Shown here: positions 58,175 to 64,000 of the stretch, piece after piece
Layout: each line of letters begins with the position of its first letter
Position numbering within the stretch: the stretch's first letter is position 1
Assembly: GCF_002113885.1 (NCBI RefSeq)
Contig: NW_018405055.1
Coordinates: forward strand, 698,905 to 762,904
Reading direction: 5' to 3'
DNA length: 64,000 nucleotides
From: Mizuhopecten yessoensis
Taxonomy: Eukaryota
Program-made: the position numbers and the translations under genes
The notes under the pieces: model-generated
The model's database searches: none
Told to the model about the DNA's origin: nothing
What the model saw: the letters and a program-made list of their open reading frames with translations, nothing else

Positions 58175-59521
58175 TGCTTATATCATATAACTGGTATTGT
58201 CACTACGGAAAGTTGGGATACACATTCTGTCAGTTGCTTTTTACAGAGTTCGTCTGCACAAGTTATGATATTAACATTATCTTCTGACACGGCATTATTA
58301 TGACAGAACAATTTAGTGAATTACGTTTTTTTTATCTTGTCACAAAACTCCTCATGATAATATAGTTTAAGAAACAATGTTTTCTTGAAGGTCTGAAATC
58401 CATAATTGTACAACCATACTTTTTACCAGCAGCTGTCGGTGATCTTCTAACAAATTATAACATATTATGTCTTTCCGCCATTTATTCTGAATCGATATCA
58501 TCTTCCAAACAACACCTCAATCATCGTTATAAATGAGTTATTTATTTTACGTTTACACCTACTGATATCGTAATTTGTGCAGTTTGAAAATCACCCTACA
58601 CTACCTTCTTGCGTGCATACTCAAATTAAATCTGTTCCCCTTTTTCTTTATTAAAGCCCAACTGTGAACAGAAATATCCCATTTGATTTATAATTTGTGA
58701 TACTTATAATTGTTGCTTGCGATGTTGTTTTTTTGTAAATTGAAAGCGACACGCATGTAATATGTTTGAAATCAGACGACTAAAAGACCTGGATAATGCA
58801 GCTACAAAAATTGCATCTATCTCCGGTTTTCCAAAAGATAAAACTGACCACATTGCACGTTGGCTTCAGGTCATGTTATTATCTGGGGGTTTTCCTCAGT
58901 ATTTAGTCGATTATAGTCAAACCAGGTAACCTCTTTTGGGTGAATAGTGAAACAACAACAGCACCGTTTTGGCTCTATTACCAAGGATATCGGGGATACT
59001 TTACCCAGCCCTAGAGCAACACTACCCTCCGAACTTCATCTTTGATGCATTTATCTCCGAGGTGCTATAGGAGCAATGTTGGACTCCCTGACGTCATCTA
59101 GTCGTAGTCTGACCTGGATGCCCTTGACATAAAGAAGTCAAGGAGAGGAAGGTATTTATCAGGGTTGGGGTGGGGAGGAATAAGATTGACGAGGATGAGC
59201 ATAATGAGTTCAGTCCAGAAGGAGAAACGTGATGTAGATATGAAACGGATAACATTCTCTTCGGGCGTTAAAAACATGGAGATGGGACACTTGGGGGGAA
59301 AACAGATCAGTAGGGAAAACAACCGTCGGAATGTCTGCTAAAAAACGCAAACCAAAGGTCCATGCAAATACATTCAACGGCGATCCGATATAGATGACAA
59401 AGTATCCACATATGTAGAAAAGTATGACTTCAAAATCAAGAAAAAGAAGTAGAACTTTCTACTGACTTGGCGGACGCGGTTTAGTCTTCTACCTACCTGA
59501 ATTCGGTCTATAACGTTTTCA

Positions 59522-60290
59522 GTATACAGTTGTACGTTGTTATATTTCATCACCTATACAGTTGTACATTGTTAAATTGATATCCCATCACCTATACAGT
59601 TGTACATTGTTATATTCCATCACCTATACAGTTGTACATTGTTATATTCCATCACCAATATAGTTGTACATTGTTATATTCCATCTATACAGTGGTACAT
59701 TGTTATATTCCATCACCTATACAGTTGTACATTGTTATATTCCATACCAATATAGTTGTACATTGTTATATTCCATCTTCCATCACCTGTACAGTTGTAC
59801 ATTGTTATATTCCATCACCTATACAGTTGTACCTTGTTAAATTGATATTCCATCACCTATACAGTTGTACATTGTTATATTCCATCACGTATACAGTTGT
59901 ACATTGTTTAATTGATTTCCCATCACCTATACAGTTGTACATTGTTTAATTGTTATTCCATCACCTATACAGTTGTACATTGTTTAATTGATATTCCATC
60001 ACCTATACAGTTGTACATTGTTTAATTGTTATTCCATCACATATACAGTTGTACATTGTTAAATTGATATTCCATCACCTATACAGTTGTAATTTGTTTA
60101 ATTGTTATTCCATCACATATACAGTTGTACATTGTTTAATTGATATTCCATCACATATCCAGTTGTACATTGTTTAATTGATATTCCATCACATATCCAG
60201 TTGTACACTGTTTTATTGACATTCCATCACCTATATATATACTGTTGTACATTGTTAAAAATGATATTCCATCGTCTATACAGTTGAACG
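59522..60290. repeat. Minisatellite of mixed 32-bp and 38-bp units, ~21 copies
   Basis: CACCTATACAGTTGTACATTGTTATATTCCAT (32 bp) and CACCTATACAGTTGTACATTGTTTAATTGATATTCCAT (38 bp). Confidence 0.95.
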
Positions 60291-62436
60291 TTTTTTTGTT
60301 AGAAATTTGCTCTGTCATACATTCGTGTTTTTTATCGGTTATGTTTGGAGTCTGTTTAGGTAGTATGTAACCTTTTAATGATGACACTGACGTCTCCAGT
60401 GAAAAAGGTAGTCCCGATTGTGTTTGTAATTTAATTTAGACAGTAGTTTTCCTGTGGTTTGTTCTTACATGAATTACATCTTTCGAGTTTGTTTTATTCA
60501 AATAGAACAATTCTGATTTGTTATGGTCCATTATTATAACAGTCCAACTGCTTTAAACTGGATCCCCGGGGATTCACCTGCTGCCGAAAGGTGCGATCAT
60601 ATGTTAGCCATATTGAACCAACAGGTGGTTATCTTTCATTTCGGTTTCGGACAAACCCTTACACATTTATACATCATATATACATGTACCGTAACTCGCT
60701 CTCGTATTATATACACACATATTCCCCCTACTATGTCGGTGTTAATTTAAGTTATTTACATACACTAATATCTGTAGCACTCTGGTACTATACATATTGT
60801 ACAGTGTCGCAAAACACACTTACAAAAACTGTGATTTAATAAAAATGATATCTTTGATAGAATACGACAATATGCTTTGTCACTAATTAAACTACCGATT
60901 AGATCAACATTAGTGTAATGAATACACAACCTATAATGTGAGGTATTACTACTGGTCTAATACTGTGGCGTTTATCGATACGACACCTTTATCTAGGAGG
61001 TGATCTCAATTACAAACGTACCGGTCGCCCGAGCCGATATACCTACAGTGTGACGTGCAGTTGGCCATTGTGTTGGGTATATACCGCATTGTCTTTTGAT
61101 TTGATTACATACGGGTCCGGGGTAACTATTTGTACATCCCGTTGATTTTCTTGTTTTTATTTCGTAATTTCAAATAAGCTTGAAAATAATAATAATATAC
61201 CAAGCGTATTAATGATATATTAATTGTTTTATTATGAAACTGTAAATATTGGAGTTTTCTGACTACTTGTGTAGATGGTCAGTCTTCCCCTAAGCCTGGC
61301 CTCCTATCAACAGTACCCCTGGTTATTTTATACTCCATGTCTACCTATGTCCGTTTTGTATACCCGTCATCATCGCTCAGGTAAGAACACATCTCTACTC
61401 TTCGCTTATTGCTATATATTTTCTTTACTTTTCATGATTATTATTTTTTCTATGAATAGAATTAATATTTTATCCAAACAAATAGAAAATAACGTTGCGA
61501 GTAGGTACTGTTTGATCTTCATTGCTGAATTTGGCAACCTGCAGGCTATTGCGATTTATATGGGACTATACTAATTATCGTAATTTTGGACTACGAGACA
61601 GGGGCACGTTTTTAATACCTTTCAGAACTGTTTACAAGATTAAAAGTGAAACCATTCTTGTTATATCAAGTTTACTGGTAAATCATCGATACAACATCGC
61701 ATGAGATGAAAAAGAATAATTATAAATGCTTCATACACCTTATCCAACTCCATTTACAAGCTGAGTTTATAACAGTTATATGGTAATGGGATGATAATAA
61801 TGTAGAATGTTTCCCATGATCTAGGTGTTCGTATATCACCCGGCAGTAATATTTACATTTATTGAACTGATTTTGTTCAGTATTAGAAATGAGAGTTCTT
61901 GTTTTTAGTTGCAATATCTAAGTAATCGGCATTTTTTGTTCCAAGGAAAATATTGAAGATAAGAATCGAATAACTTGCATTGATGGTTAAAATTTATGTT
62001 AAGTAACTGAATTTGTACCTTTTTATTGTCATTTAGTTATGCATTATATTATGGAGTTACAAAGGCATTATTATAAACTTTAAATGCGTCTATATGCAGT
62101 GATTTTCAATATATTATCGTTATTGATAAATCAATGTACATATATAACTTTATCGTTATACGTCATCTTCATTTATGGTCACAATTTGATTTTGAAGTGG
62201 AGATGAGCATCATGTATAAGCTAACATGTTGTCATATAAACAACATAAAACTGTTTGTCGATCAGTATCAGTATCCTTATTGTGTTAAATAATGGTTAGA
62301 CATGGCAGTCTATTCAATACATTGTATTGTAAATGTAAAAAGTAATGAAGTGAAGTTTGTATTAGACATGCATTCTAACTGGATCAAAGTGACGTCACAA
62401 AGGAGACGAGTACGTGGATATGAATTGAAATTCTCC

Positions 62437-63307
62437 TTTTATTGGGTCGCCTGCGAAAAGCTGGTGACACATGGGTATTGCTAAGTCGGCGTCGGCGTCG
62501 TCCGCACAGAGGTTTTCGTGCGATAACTTGAGTTTCCTTGGGCCGATCAAACTCAAACTTAATGCAGTGCTTCCTTACTAAACGTGCTTGCTTGGGATTG
62601 CTTTTCAGGTCTGAAGGTTAAAGGTCAAGGTCACTGTTACTATAAATAGTAAATCTGTTTTCGTGCGATAACTTGAGTTTCTTTGGGCCGATCAAACTCA
62701 ATCTTCTTGCAATGCTTCCTTACCAAAAGTGCTTGCTTGGAATTGCTTTTCAGGTCCGAAGGTCAATGGTCAAGGTCACTGCTACTATAAATAGAAAATC
62801 TGTTTTCGTGCGATAACTTGAGTTTCCTTGGGCCGATCAAACTCAATCTTCATGCAGTGCTTCCTTACCAAAAGTGCTTTCTTGGGATTGCTTTTCAGGT
62901 CCGAAAGTCAAAGGTCCAGGTCACTGTTACTATAAATAAAAAATCTGTTTTCGTACGATAACTTGAATTTCCTTGGGCCGATCAAACTCAAACTTCATGC
63001 AGTGCTACGCATACTTGCATTTTCAAGAAAAAAAAGTATGGATACCAATGAGGCGATGCTGGTCTTGCTTGTGGACACCATATTGGAGTGGAATTGAGAC
63101 AATGAGTATCCATAGCAAGTTTCTTAAAACTCAGAGTATTCTTCCCAGAATGTCAGATTTTATAACAAAATGATACCATCCAAAAACATGATCTATGATT
63201 ATTGCTCACTTTTAAAATTATTTCTTGAGATGAAAAGTGTATCTATTTCTTCGTAATCTCCCAGTTTCCTGAGCAGGCAACACATCCACTTCCTTGGAAT
63301 TCTTGTT
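62437..63307 (+). mobile_element. HINE-like element with ~3.5 copies of a 145-bp repeat
   Basis: subTIRs GGGTCGCCTG (62444) / CAGGCAACAC (63274), GTCGGC microsatellite, CGATAACTTG at 62521, 62666, 62811 and 62956 (exact 145 spacing), terminal CTTGTT. Confidence 0.85.
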
Positions 63308-64000
63308 AAATCATACGACGTCGAAATATAAACAAAAATTTCCTCCAAAGTCGCATTGCGTCATTAAAATATATACAAATGATATTGTCGTGGATGATGG
63401 GGATGAGTATACAGTCGAGATGTCTTGACTTTTGTTAATATGTGGTTATATTAACTTGATTGTATTTTCTCGGGTCCACATAACCATATATTCCCGAAAC
63501 GAAAGTACTTAATTGTTATCTTAGTTGTTAAATTATGTTTTAATAATTAAACAAGATAAAACGTATGAGAATTGTACGGAGGACAGTACTGCATTTGGTA
63601 GGGAACATTGTGACAAAATGATTGATTCTTAAATTAGTAACTCCGAGTGAATATTACATAACACCGACCGCCACGTGATTATGATCCAACCAATGAGGAT
63701 GCTTGTTATCTAATAATTCGATATACGACGTAGCATTTAAGTGGTATTGAACACACACGTTCACTTTAATAGAATTTAATATTTGTACTCCTTACAAGCA
63801 TATAGATGCAATCGATTAGCGTAGCTGTCATAGGGGGATTTAGATATGAATTGTTATAATATCTGAAAATATATAGATACACTTGTCCTTGCAGGGTCCA
63901 TGGCAATAAAGAAGATATGAGAGAGTTTGCGGTCATCTAACTGCCAATTCAACATGTCTGTGTCAGGGCGGAGTTTCCCTTTCAGTGCCAGTTTTGGCAC

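Noticed and set aside
58990-59345. GC-richer stretch with a ~75-codon open frame
   Set aside because: No recognisable protein motif and no convincing splice or start context.
59632-59949. 105-aa repetitive ORF
   Set aside because: It is a translation of the 32/38-bp minisatellite.

Overview
AT-rich, intron-rich animal genomic DNA. The repeat content suggests a marine invertebrate, probably a bivalve mollusc (inference). It has two N gaps (18632-19280, 32085-32146) and one single N (22532). Manual splicing (GT-AG ends, phase checked) gives four conserved genes in two head-to-head pairs. The first pair is the 5' part of a BET bromodomain gene (BRD2/3/4/T pro-orthologue, minus strand, running off the window start) and a complete WDR5 (13 coding exons, 352 aa). 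The second pair is a complete SURF4 (4 exons, 270 aa, minus) and a complete TADA1 (10 exons, 580 aa), whose start codons are only 378 bp apart. Introns and intergenic DNA are full of non-autonomous elements: Helentron/HINE-like elements with 145-165-bp tandem arrays, hAT-, Academ-, Harbinger- and Spy-like elements, tRNA-derived SINEs, a decayed CR1/L2 LINE and minisatellites. The strongest observations are five. (1) TADA1 has a ~250-aa C-terminal extension with a His13 run and six psi-K-S-E SUMO consensus sites. (2) An in-frame 69-bp tandem duplication spans a WDR5 splice acceptor. (3) A 1.13-kb TIR element sits exactly in AAA^TTT with no target duplication, and the empty site can be rebuilt from neighbouring repeats. 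(4) The gene block corresponds to the vertebrate MHC paralogon. (5) Several mobile nucleosome-length arrays carry TCAAGGTCA motifs. All comparisons with human proteins are from memory and need database confirmation. I found no CRISPR array, rRNA or intact tRNA.
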